A DNA stretch of 39,513 nucleotides from positions 1 to 39,513 of IMG/VR virus record IMGVR_UViG_3300032305_000573. One strand, written 5' to 3'. Both the position numbers and the translations under genes were made by a program. Positions 14,825-24,671 of this stretch are shown here, in pieces. The notes beneath the pieces are model-generated. The model did no database searches. It had not been told where the DNA came from and saw only the letters and a list, made by a program, of their open reading frames with translations. Positions within the stretch are counted from its first letter, which is position 1; every line of letters begins with the position of its first letter. The DNA is from a virus (lineage: Duplodnaviria; Caudoviricetes).

Positions 14825-15117
14825 TTACTGGCGGGTAATATAGGGGGGATACTTGTCGGGTGGATAGTCAATAAGTCAATAAACCGATAAGTCGATAATT
14901 CATTCCCCGTCAAGGCTTGTATAACCCTCTACCTTAGGTTTAGACTTTTATTTTGACCCCATATTGTTAATATACGGCACGAGGGGGCATTATAGTATCC
15001 CAATAAAATTATCTGTTATATCGTGAAACACAGTGCTAAAGCCCTATATAGCCCCCTCTATATACCTATTTCAAAGATTTTTCCGTATCTTCTGTTCGTT
15101 TTTAGTCTTTGAACAGG

Positions 15118-15200
15118 TTATCTATAGTATATAAATATATATACGGAGTCGCTCCGTTTAAGACTCCGCTCCTATATAATATATAATATATATATATAGT
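15118..15200. other. (TA)n tract with a GC-rich inverted-repeat core upstream of terminase
   Basis: TATATATACGGAGTCGCTCCGTTTAAGACTCCGCTCCTATATAATATATA. Confidence 0.45.
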
Positions 15201-15259
15201 GGGACATCTATGCCGTTAAGCGGCTAGCGCTAAATGACTGTAAATGATGGGACAAACTG

Positions 15260-17128
15260 ATGGGTAGAAAGCCAGGAATTCAAAACATTCCTAAGCGCGA
15301 GGCCCAGGAAAAGGTCCTCCAGGTCTTAGCGCAAGGACAGACTATAACGGCCGCTATGGCCACCGTGGGACGCTCTGACGTAGCATTCCGCCAATGGGTA
15401 GCGACTGACCCTGAGTTCAAGCAGCGGGCTGAAGCCGCCCGCCTAGAGGGTAAAGGCATCAAGACTGACTTGAAAGAGTTAGCTGACATTTCCTTCCCAG
15501 ATTTTTCTGAACAGTTTCTAGATACCCGCCTTTTTGAACATCACCTGGACTGGGTCGACCTTATAGAGGGACGTGAGCCGCGATGGATTCATCCAGCTAT
15601 GACCTACGAGCCTGGTGCTGCGAATCGTGTTTTAATCAACGTTCCGCCCGAGCACGCGAAATCGACGGTGATTACCACGAACTATGTGGTTTACAAAATT
15701 GTAACAAATCCTAACGCCCGAGTTATCGTAGTATCCAAGACTCAAGGCATGGCCCGCAAGTTCCTTGGGGCTATCAAGACAAGACTTTCACATCCAGCCT
15801 ACACAAAGCTCCAGGTGGCATTCGGGCCTAATGGTGGATACAAGGCTGACGCAACCCAATGGTCAGCTGATATGATTTATCTTGGCACTGGCCGAGACTC
15901 AGGTGAGAAAGACCCTACCGTCCAAGCCCTAGGCTTTGGTTCTCAAATCTATGGCGCACGTGCCGATTTGATAATCCTTGACGACGTGGTGATGGGTGCT
16001 AACGCCCACGAGTGGGAAAAACAAATCGAGTGGCTGCAGAAGGAAGTTATCACCCGTCTAGGACGGCACGGTAAACTTCTAGTTGTAGGAACCCGTGTAT
16101 CCCCAATCGACCTATACAAGATGATTCGCGATGGCGACCAATGGACAGGTGGCAAATCGCCCTTTACATATTTTGCACAGCCAGCAGTTCTTGAGTTTGA
16201 TGAAGATCCCAAGAAGTGGAAGACGCTCTGGCCAAAGACCACATTACAGGAAAACCAAATTGACGAACCAGATGAAGAAGGCTTCTACCCCAAATGGGAT
16301 GGACCATCGCTCTTTACTCGAAGGTCTGAGGTTGCTCCGTCGGTCTGGGCTATGGTCTACCAACAAGAAGATGTTATGCAAGACTCCATCTTCGCCCCAA
16401 CCCTTATTGCAGGATGTGTCAATGGAATGCGTAAGCGCGGTCCCCTTAAGACAGATACTCCAGGACATCCACGGCACATCGAGTCGACCTATACTGTAAT
16501 TGGATTCGACCCTGCTGTAACTGGACGAAGCGCCTTTGTGGCCGCTACATACAACAGAGCTGATGGAAAAGTTTACGTTTTAGATTGTGTCAATATGGTT
16601 GACCCTACTCCTCAGAAGGAACGGGCTCTTATTGAAGAATGGGTTGAAAGATATAAACCTCAAGAGTTTAGAGTCGAAATCAACGCACATCAAAAATACT
16701 ACGCTATGGATGATGACTTGCGGAACTTCTTGGCTCAATACGGATGCCAGTTAAATTCACACTTCACTGGCAAAAATAAGTGGGACGTATCATTTGGTGT
16801 AGCCTCTATGGCTAGCCTCTTTGGAAGTTTGCGCGATGGTCGCTTCCAAGATAACAACATCATCGAGTTCCCAAGCAACGAAGGCTCTGAAGGACTTAAG
16901 TCTCTCACACAGCAACTGATTACTTGGAAACCTGAAACTAAAAACCCAACCGACTGCGTGATGGCTTTATGGTTTGCTGTTATTCGCATACGCGAATTGA
17001 TGCAACAATCTTCCAGGGTTGGTCAATACCAAAATAATAGATGGGCTACACGCTACCAAAAGGCGAGTCGTGGCTCACTTAATCTAGATGAGGCCTTTGC
17101 AGAGCAATGGGCTGAAACACACGGATAG
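15260..17128 (+). CDS. terL: Terminase large subunit with N-terminal HTH extension
   Basis: LINVPPEHAKST (variant Walker A), GARADLIILDD (Walker B), VVGTR, YQQ, IGFDPA, DCVMALW. Confidence 0.93.
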   Translation: MGRKPGIQNIPKREAQEKVLQVLAQGQTITAAMATVGRSDVAFRQWVATDPEFKQRAEAARLEGKGIKTDLKELADISFPDFSEQFLDTRLFEHHLDWVDLIEGREPRWIHPAMTYEPGAANRVLINVPPEHAKSTVITTNYVVYKIVTNPNARVIVVSKTQGMARKFLGAIKTRLSHPAYTKLQVAFGPNGGYKADATQWSADMIYLGTGRDSGEKDPTVQALGFGSQIYGARADLIILDDVVMGANAHEWEKQIEWLQKEVITRLGRHGKLLVVGTRVSPIDLYKMIRDGDQWTGGKSPFTYFAQPAVLEFDEDPKKWKTLWPKTTLQENQIDEPDEEGFYPKWDGPSLFTRRSEVAPSVWAMVYQQEDVMQDSIFAPTLIAGCVNGMRKRGPLKTDTPGHPRHIESTYTVIGFDPAVTGRSAFVAATYNRADGKVYVLDCVNMVDPTPQKERALIEEWVERYKPQEFRVEINAHQKYYAMDDDLRNFLAQYGCQLNSHFTGKNKWDVSFGVASMASLFGSLRDGRFQDNNIIEFPSNEGSEGLKSLTQQLITWKPETKNPTDCVMALWFAVIRIRELMQQSSRVGQYQNNRWATRYQKASRGSLNLDEAFAEQWAETHG

Positions 17129-17135
17129 GACAACA

Positions 17136-18908
17136 ATGGAATTAACAATGGAGCAGGTAACAGCAAGAGTCGAATCTCTTCGTTACCGTAACAGTGAGCG
17201 CGATGCTCGCAACCTTGACGTCCTTGCTGTCCGCAAAGGCAAAATTGCCGAGGTATACCCAGACTTCTTTCCAGACGGTGTAGATGCTAACGTAGTAGCA
17301 AACTTTATTGATATCGTCGCACGCGACTTATCTGAAGTTATGGCTCCACTCCCAGCCGTCAACTGTTCCGCAGCTAACCAAGTTTCTGATAGAGCACGCA
17401 CGTTTGCCGACAAGCGCACACGTATTGCCTCTAACTACTTCGCCCACTCCGACCTAGCAGTTCAGATGTATTCTGGTGCGGACTGGTATGTTACATATGG
17501 TTTCGTTCCGTTCATGATTGAACTGGACGATGAAAGCAATCTGCCTCGCATCCGCATAGAAAACCCAATAGGTGCTTATCCTGAATTTGACCGCTATGGT
17601 CGATGCATTGCTTTTGCAAAACGTTACACAATGTCACTAGGCGAACTTGTTTCACAATTCCCTGACTATGAGCGTGAACTACTTGGTGGCTACGGCTACA
17701 AGCAGGACCTCAACACTCAGGTTGAAATGATTCGTTACTACGATAAAGATCAATCAATCATCTACATTCCAACAAGACAGAATCTTGTGCTATCAAAAGC
17801 CAAGAATCCACTTGGAAAGATGATGGTTATTGTCGCACGCAAACCTTCTATTGATGGAGAGATGCGTGGACAGTTCGATGACATTTTAGGAATTCAACTT
17901 CTTCGTAACCGTTTTGCTTTACTTGCGATGGAAGCTGCAGAGAAATCTGTTCAAGCTCCTATCGTTCTTCCACAAGATGTTCAAGAACTACAACTTGGTG
18001 GAGATGCGGTTATCCGCACATCTAACCCAGCTGGTGTTCGTCGTGTAGACCTGAACATACCTGCGGGTGCATTTACTGAACAAACATTATTAAACCAAGA
18101 ACTTCGTGTTGGTTCTCGTTACCCAGAATCACGCACAGGAAATGTCAACGCATCAGTTGTTACTGGCCAAGGTGTTCAAGCTCTTATGGGAGCTTTTGAT
18201 ACCCAAGTTAAATCAGCCCAAGCAATCTTTGCTGCAGCTTTGCGTGATGTTATTAGCCTCTGCTTTGAAGTTGATGAAGTAATTTACCCTGGAGAAAAAA
18301 CAATTCGTGGTGTTGACTCAGGCTCACCTTACGAAGTAACATACAAGCCAGCTAAAGATATCAAACAAGATTACTCAGCTGATGTTCGTTACGGAATGCT
18401 TGCTGGTCTTAACCCAGCTCAAGGTCTTATCTTTATGCTACAAGCACTTGGTGGTGGATTAATCTCCAAGGATATGGCTATGCGTGAACTTCCATTTACA
18501 GTTAACGTAACATCAGAACTAGAAAAAATTGAAATCGAGAATATGCGTCAAGCGTTACTCGGTTCACTTACCGCCTACACTCAAGCAATTCCACAGATGG
18601 CTACTCAAGGCCAGGATGCTTCAGAAGTAGTGCGTAAAATTGCTGCTGTCATAAAGGCACGCCAAAAGGGACAGGCACTTGAGGATGCAATTGAAGCAAC
18701 CTTTGCCCCTCAGCAGCAAGCGGTTCCTCCTGCTGGAGCACCACAAGCGGTTGAGCAACCGTCCCCTGCTCCCGTTGGAGCACCAGTAGGAGGCCCCTCT
18801 CCTATGGGAATGGAAGCGCAACCACAACCAGACATTATGAGTTTACTATCAGGTATAACTGGTGGTGGAGTTCCAACAGCAAGTGTAAGAACAAGCCGAA
18901 AACTTTAA
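17136..18908 (+). CDS. Portal protein
   Basis: About 590 aa directly after terL; helical, with a Pro/Gln-rich tail; AGGA RBS before ATG 17136. Confidence 0.8.
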   Translation: MELTMEQVTARVESLRYRNSERDARNLDVLAVRKGKIAEVYPDFFPDGVDANVVANFIDIVARDLSEVMAPLPAVNCSAANQVSDRARTFADKRTRIASNYFAHSDLAVQMYSGADWYVTYGFVPFMIELDDESNLPRIRIENPIGAYPEFDRYGRCIAFAKRYTMSLGELVSQFPDYERELLGGYGYKQDLNTQVEMIRYYDKDQSIIYIPTRQNLVLSKAKNPLGKMMVIVARKPSIDGEMRGQFDDILGIQLLRNRFALLAMEAAEKSVQAPIVLPQDVQELQLGGDAVIRTSNPAGVRRVDLNIPAGAFTEQTLLNQELRVGSRYPESRTGNVNASVVTGQGVQALMGAFDTQVKSAQAIFAAALRDVISLCFEVDEVIYPGEKTIRGVDSGSPYEVTYKPAKDIKQDYSADVRYGMLAGLNPAQGLIFMLQALGGGLISKDMAMRELPFTVNVTSELEKIEIENMRQALLGSLTAYTQAIPQMATQGQDASEVVRKIAAVIKARQKGQALEDAIEATFAPQQQAVPPAGAPQAVEQPSPAPVGAPVGGPSPMGMEAQPQPDIMSLLSGITGGGVPTASVRTSRKL

Positions 18909-18923
18909 AACTAGGAGGGGACA

Positions 18924-19466
18924 ATGACTACAATTATTGGGATTGAACTAGAAGATAGTTGTTATCTAGTCGCCGATAGCCAGACAACAGATGATAATGG
19001 ATTCATTTATAATCATCCAGCTATTAAAAAGTTATCAGAGCGTGGAGCTTTTATTGTAGGTGGCTCAGGTGAGGTTCTACCTTGCGATGTAGCACAACAT
19101 ATATGGGATCCACCAAAACCTTCAGTTAAAGATAAACTTGATCTTTATCATTTTATGATTACGAAGGCAATGCCTTCACTTCGCAAGTGTTTATCTGAAA
19201 ATGGATATAACTTTGATGAAGCTAAAACAGATACTAGATTTCAATTTATAATTGCAGTATGTGGTGAAGTCTTTGACATTGACCACGAACTATCAGTTAG
19301 CAAAAATGAAAGTGGCATTTATGCCGCAGGCTCTGGAGCAGCATACGCACTTGGTGCATTGCACGCAGGAGTTGATGCATACGAAGCAATGGAAATTGCA
19401 GCCAAGTTAACAGCGTTTACAGCTGGACCTTATTACTCGAAATCACAACCTAAACATATTAAGTAG
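18924..19466 (+). CDS. Ntn-hydrolase threonine protease (HslV/proteasome beta-like)
   Basis: M-TTIIG N-terminus, ADSQTT, K at about position 33-34, GSG motifs. Confidence 0.8.
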   Translation: MTTIIGIELEDSCYLVADSQTTDDNGFIYNHPAIKKLSERGAFIVGGSGEVLPCDVAQHIWDPPKPSVKDKLDLYHFMITKAMPSLRKCLSENGYNFDEAKTDTRFQFIIAVCGEVFDIDHELSVSKNESGIYAAGSGAAYALGALHAGVDAYEAMEIAAKLTAFTAGPYYSKSQPKHIK

Positions 19467-19474
19467 GAGATACT

Positions 19475-19963
19475 GTGGCAATTATTGAAAACAGAGGCGG
19501 AGATCGTCCTACCGCACCACAAAATAATCCTAACAATATCGGTGCTGGTGGAGGAGATACCCAAAGCGGTAAAGCTTCAGGCTTTGCATATGGTATGAAT
19601 AAAACCATTAACGAACAAAGATCTCAGGGCAACGCTGCAGTTGGCGCAATAAAAGCTAACACAGGGACAACACCATTCACTCCAGTGCCATTAGAAGCAC
19701 TTCCTAACATTACAGACCCAACAGCTCAACCTAACACTCCTGTTACTGACGGAGCAAGAGTTGGTCCTGGATTAAATACTGTTCCTGGCTTGCCAACTCC
19801 AACGCAACCAACTGATGCTCAATCAAATAAAGCAATTTTAAACTATGCTCCTGTATTAAAGTTTATAGCATCTCGTCCTACTACATCTTTAGCTTCGATT
19901 CAAGTAATTAATTCATTGATTGAAGCAGCGCAAAATGCAGCAAATGAAACTCCGACTGTATGA
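19475..19963 (+). CDS. Hypothetical protein (Pro/Gly/Asn-rich), probably virion-associated
   Basis: GTG start with AGGAG; lies in the structural operon. Confidence 0.65.
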   Translation: MAIIENRGGDRPTAPQNNPNNIGAGGGDTQSGKASGFAYGMNKTINEQRSQGNAAVGAIKANTGTTPFTPVPLEALPNITDPTAQPNTPVTDGARVGPGLNTVPGLPTPTQPTDAQSNKAILNYAPVLKFIASRPTTSLASIQVINSLIEAAQNAANETPTV

Positions 19964-22900
19964 ATGTATGGAATCGCTTAGGTGACCTTGCAGAAGGAAC
20001 CAAAGATTGGATTGGCGACGTAGCTCTAGGAGCTGTATCCTTAACTGGTGCAAAGTTTGCTTATGATATGACTCAATCATTATGGAATGATGATGAAGAG
20101 TATAATGGTTTTGCTCAAAGCTTAAGAACAGCTGGTATGGAAACTGCTAAAGCTGTAGGCCGTCCTATTGGTGGGGCCATTATGGCTGTTGAAAATGTAA
20201 ATAGAAATATAATTCGTGAGCCCCTAAGCGCAGCTATGCTTTATTTAAATAATTCTGACAAGGGCTGGGAACAAGCCTGGAAAAGCAGAAACCGTATTTC
20301 CTTTGGTCAATCTGTTATCGGTGGATATATTGGAATGGTAAATTCTGATTTTGATATCTATGATAAGCAAGACAGAAAAGCAGCTTTTGAAAATAGTATC
20401 TATGGAAGAGTGGCTTCTGGTTTAGTAGATACAACAGCTCAAATTTTTGGCGACGTTTCTATTGTTGGTGGCAAAGCTATTATGGTTTATAAGGCTGCTG
20501 ATAAAATTCCAGATGCAATGAAAGCAATTGAATATGCACGCGATGGAATTGCTGGAACAAGCAGAAAAGAAACTGCATTAATAAATAAATATAGTAAACT
20601 CGCAGATGACTTTGCAAAGAATGATAGCAACTGGGCTAGAGGGCACAAGTGGGTTAGAGATAGTGCAGATCCTGCAACCGTTTCCTATGTGCTAGGTGCA
20701 ACAAAGACCAAAGAAGAATCTTTAAATGCCATGCTTGCTTTAATGGGTGACGGTAAAGCTGCAAAAACTTTGAGTGACTTAAGTCGACCAGATTTAGCTG
20801 TGCCATTAAAACTTGCAAATGGTGAAATTAGCAAAGCTGATTCAGCTATCCTGGAATCAAATACCTGGGAAGGTCAGATTGCACGTAGAGAAGCTAGAAG
20901 TGCAATTAAAGAACTTGATGCATTTGGTAAAGAGAAAAAATTAACAGATGATATATACCAAGATTCTCTTTTCAAGACAGAATCTAATGCAGATGAATTA
21001 AAAGAAATAGCAGATTATTTAAATGCCTGGGCAAAGCATGACGCTATCGCTGGAAGATTGCTTAATGGTGCTAAAGGCACAGATGATTTAGCTTTAGCAG
21101 CAGCAGCTCCGCTTACAGAAGGATTTGGTAGAGGAACACGTCGCGCTGCAGAGATTGCAACCGCAAGAAATGTGCCATTTCAACAATTAACTCCTAATAG
21201 TCCTAAGATTGAAGCATACCAACCAACTAAATTTCATAAACTTTATTACAAAGCAAGTTGGGGACTACGTGAAAGAGGGAGCGGACAGCTTAATCTTAAC
21301 GAAGCAGACTCAATCGAAGAAATTAAAGCAGGAGTTGAACGTTTAATTCAGGTCAGCAAGCCGCTTGTTGGAAAAGTTAAGGTTGCTGGTAGGTCAATAT
21401 CTATTCCTACTGCAGCACGTCCAGCAGTTGCCATAGCAAGAAGAATACTGCCAGGCGAGGGTGGATTTACAGCCGCTGAGGGCGCAACTTTTATGGAAAG
21501 ATATGCTGGTGCTCAGACAACTGAACAACGTCAAGCTGTCTTACACGAACTTGAGACAAGAGGCTACCAAGTCCTTGCAGCAAAGCATGGTCTATCACCA
21601 GAAGATGCTGTAGTATTAGCAAATACACACATTAAAAAACGTGCTGGCTACCTAAAGGACCAAAGAGAACAAGGTTTCATGATTGATTCCTTTGACCCTG
21701 AAACAATTTTAGATGTTCCTCAATTTGAATCACAGTTTGCAAACATTGTTCCAATGGCTGACTTTGATATGATTGATAATGTATTGAATAGATCTTCAAG
21801 CGGTTTGCTTTCAGCATTCGGTGGAACAACAGACCTTCTTAGCACTACAAGTGACTTGTGGAAAGCTGGAGTTCTTCTTCGTCTTGGCTATCCTATTAGA
21901 AACGGTATTGATTCTCAGCTACGTATCTGGGCAACTGTTGGAGCCTTGACTTCTTTACGCCATACTGCTGGTGGAATTAGAAGACTGACTCAAAATACTA
22001 GAGCAAAAGGACAGCGTTTAGTAGACAAAGTTGATTCAGTTGGAAAAGCTGATTATGTTTCTATTAAAAAAGATTTGCAAACTCAAGGTGCGACTAAGGC
22101 AAAACTAGAAAAAGAAATATCTCAACTAAATAAAGATGTGGCTAAAAATCCAGATGATATAGATTTGGCCAACCAATTAGTATTTAAGCAACAATCTTTG
22201 GCAGAAGTAACAGAAGCCTATAATATTAATAGTGCTACTATGGCTAAAAGAGAAGCAGCTGCTAAAGGTATTGATAAGAAAACTTTAGGACAAGAAGATA
22301 TAATTATTAAGTCTTCTCTTGAAGGCGTAGATGATGTCTATATTGGTCATGGAGCTTTTGGTGGAGCTAGTGGTCCGCTATACATGTCCTTTAACTCTGC
22401 AAATAAAACTAATACTAACATATTAGATAGCTCAGCTAAGTTATTCGACTCAAGCTACTCATCAAAAATTGGCACAGTAAAGCCTGGAGATGACAACTAC
22501 TACACAGCATGGTCAGACGCTCTTAACAAGGTGTTCGGCAACGCTAAGGTAGCGCGTAGACTTATGAGTAATGAAGACCCTGAGAAGATAATTCAGGATA
22601 TTTGGCAGAATGATTCTGCATATAGAAAAAGTTTTGGTCTTAAGACACAACAAGATGTAAGAGAGCATGTCTACAGATCAAAGCAATTCGTAGATGACTA
22701 CGCCCCTCAAGGCACTGGTATACGCGAGGCTGTATTATCAGACGTTCCTGTATCAGAGAAGTTCTTGCGTGATGCGATAACTGACCCAGAGAAACTTCCA
22801 GTTGTGCATGGAAACCTTCTTATCGAAGGAATAGAAAACGTAAGTGGTAGAGTATCACAACGTGCCATCTCTAGTGTGTTTAAGTTCTTGGCTACTATGC

Positions 22901-24669
22901 CTGAAGATGCTTGGGCACGCCATCCTTTATTCAATAGAGTATACCAAGATTCAATACAAAAGCGTTTCGCTCAAGCTGAGTTTGTAAAAGGTCAACGATT
23001 TACACAGGACGAATTCCAAGAAATACAGTATGCTCTTGAGAAAGCAGCCCGTGAGGATGCACTTAAGTTTGTAAAGAAGACTCTTTATAACGTAGAACGT
23101 CGAAGCAATGCAGCTCATATGCTACGCTTCATATCTCCATTCTTCTCAGCTCAAGAGAACTCAGTTAAAACTTGGTTAAGAATTGCTGCAGAGAAGCCAG
23201 TTATAATTAGCAGAGCCAATATCATTTACAATGCACCAGAAAGAATGGGTCTTGTAACAGATGAGAATGGTGACCCAATTGCACCTAATGAACGACCACT
23301 AAACGGTAACGATTCACTATGGTTGCCAATTCCAGAACAGCTTAAAAAACTTCCTTGGATTGGCAAGGGAATGGAATCTTTAAATCAAGTATCCATTACC
23401 AAGCGAAGCTTAGATGTTACGTTCCAAGGTAACCCTTTTGGGGTAAGCATAGGTCCTATTGCTGCTGTTCCAATAGCACAAATTTTAAAGTTAAAGCCAG
23501 AACTAGGTAAGTCCTTAGAGTGGGCTATGCCTTATGGTCCGAACAGTGAAGTTAAGTCTGTTCTTCCTACATGGCTCAGAGGTGTGGTTGAAAGAAACTC
23601 AGGCTTAAACGACGACAACTATGCTAGAGCTTATCAGTTAATATGGTTGACAGAACAATATAAAGCTCGTGACGAGGGACGTAGATACCTAACCGAGAAA
23701 GAAGTTCGCAAGTTAACCGATAACTTCTATAACTTAAAGTTAGTATCTTCTCTTGTCCTACCATTCTCTCCACAATTCCAGAGTCCTTATCGTTATTACA
23801 TGGACAGATGGAGTGAGTATAGTCAGAGATATGGCCTAGAAGCTGACAGTAGATTCCTTGATGACTATCCTGACTTCTTTGAGTTTGCCACAAAGTTGAG
23901 CAAGAACCCAACTAACGTTGACGCATCCTATGAGAACATAGCTTTAGCTAAGAAGAACAAAGGTTTAATTGACAAAGTATACGGTGATAACCCTGCTCTT
24001 GTAGGATTGATTACAGATACAGGACCTGATGCCAAGTATAGCGCAACTGCTTCTTGGTGGCAGAAACAAACCAATGTTAGCTCTGGTTCTCCAGATAAGT
24101 ATCGTGGAAACATATCACCAGTTGAAGCTCAAAGAGAAAATGAAGCACGCAAGGGCTGGGCTATATACCGAAAAGGTATGGCTATCATAGACGAGAACCT
24201 TATTAAAAGAGGTTTGACATCTATCAACCAGTCTGGTGCGGAAGACTTATTAGAAGCAAAGAATGCTATGATACGTAGTCTTGCCTCTGAGGTTGACCCA
24301 GTTACCAACAAGAGAACCGCAACTATCACTGCATGGTATACCGACTATAGAGATATGGACGGAACTAAAGCAGCACGCACAGTAGAAGGATTAAAGAAAA
24401 TCATATCCGATGATGACTTTATGGCCGACAAAGCAGATGATCCTACATGGAAATCAATCGGTATATACGTTAAAGTCAGAGAAGATATGGCTAAAATGCT
24501 AGTAGGTAGACCATCTAAATCTATTGATGCAGAAGAGAACAAAGACTTAAGGATGATTATGGATTATTATATCAGTCAGCTTAAAGCTGGAGATTTAGAG
24601 TTCGCTCAGATATACGATAGATTTTTATCACAAGATAGTGTATATGATTCCAATGTTGGGAGATACTAA
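19960..24669 (+). CDS. Large putative internal virion (ejection) protein, 1569 aa
   Basis: Very long, mostly helical, between portal and scaffold. Function inferred from size and position. Confidence 0.6.
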   Translation: MNVWNRLGDLAEGTKDWIGDVALGAVSLTGAKFAYDMTQSLWNDDEEYNGFAQSLRTAGMETAKAVGRPIGGAIMAVENVNRNIIREPLSAAMLYLNNSDKGWEQAWKSRNRISFGQSVIGGYIGMVNSDFDIYDKQDRKAAFENSIYGRVASGLVDTTAQIFGDVSIVGGKAIMVYKAADKIPDAMKAIEYARDGIAGTSRKETALINKYSKLADDFAKNDSNWARGHKWVRDSADPATVSYVLGATKTKEESLNAMLALMGDGKAAKTLSDLSRPDLAVPLKLANGEISKADSAILESNTWEGQIARREARSAIKELDAFGKEKKLTDDIYQDSLFKTESNADELKEIADYLNAWAKHDAIAGRLLNGAKGTDDLALAAAAPLTEGFGRGTRRAAEIATARNVPFQQLTPNSPKIEAYQPTKFHKLYYKASWGLRERGSGQLNLNEADSIEEIKAGVERLIQVSKPLVGKVKVAGRSISIPTAARPAVAIARRILPGEGGFTAAEGATFMERYAGAQTTEQRQAVLHELETRGYQVLAAKHGLSPEDAVVLANTHIKKRAGYLKDQREQGFMIDSFDPETILDVPQFESQFANIVPMADFDMIDNVLNRSSSGLLSAFGGTTDLLSTTSDLWKAGVLLRLGYPIRNGIDSQLRIWATVGALTSLRHTAGGIRRLTQNTRAKGQRLVDKVDSVGKADYVSIKKDLQTQGATKAKLEKEISQLNKDVAKNPDDIDLANQLVFKQQSLAEVTEAYNINSATMAKREAAAKGIDKKTLGQEDIIIKSSLEGVDDVYIGHGAFGGASGPLYMSFNSANKTNTNILDSSAKLFDSSYSSKIGTVKPGDDNYYTAWSDALNKVFGNAKVARRLMSNEDPEKIIQDIWQNDSAYRKSFGLKTQQDVREHVYRSKQFVDDYAPQGTGIREAVLSDVPVSEKFLRDAITDPEKLPVVHGNLLIEGIENVSGRVSQRAISSVFKFLATMPEDAWARHPLFNRVYQDSIQKRFAQAEFVKGQRFTQDEFQEIQYALEKAAREDALKFVKKTLYNVERRSNAAHMLRFISPFFSAQENSVKTWLRIAAEKPVIISRANIIYNAPERMGLVTDENGDPIAPNERPLNGNDSLWLPIPEQLKKLPWIGKGMESLNQVSITKRSLDVTFQGNPFGVSIGPIAAVPIAQILKLKPELGKSLEWAMPYGPNSEVKSVLPTWLRGVVERNSGLNDDNYARAYQLIWLTEQYKARDEGRRYLTEKEVRKLTDNFYNLKLVSSLVLPFSPQFQSPYRYYMDRWSEYSQRYGLEADSRFLDDYPDFFEFATKLSKNPTNVDASYENIALAKKNKGLIDKVYGDNPALVGLITDTGPDAKYSATASWWQKQTNVSSGSPDKYRGNISPVEAQRENEARKGWAIYRKGMAIIDENLIKRGLTSINQSGAEDLLEAKNAMIRSLASEVDPVTNKRTATITAWYTDYRDMDGTKAARTVEGLKKIISDDDFMADKADDPTWKSIGIYVKVREDMAKMLVGRPSKSIDAEENKDLRMIMDYYISQLKAGDLEFAQIYDRFLSQDSVYDSNVGRY

Positions 24670-24671
24670 TA

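Noticed and set aside
9787-14838. Plus-strand ORFs in the early block (9787, 10715, 12541, 13203, 14116, 14656)
   Set aside because: Antisense shadows of well-supported minus-strand genes or promoters; 10715..10912 is the reverse of whiB.
14885-14913. Possible seventh early promoter (TTGACG)
   Set aside because: No acceptable -10 hexamer at 17-nt spacing.
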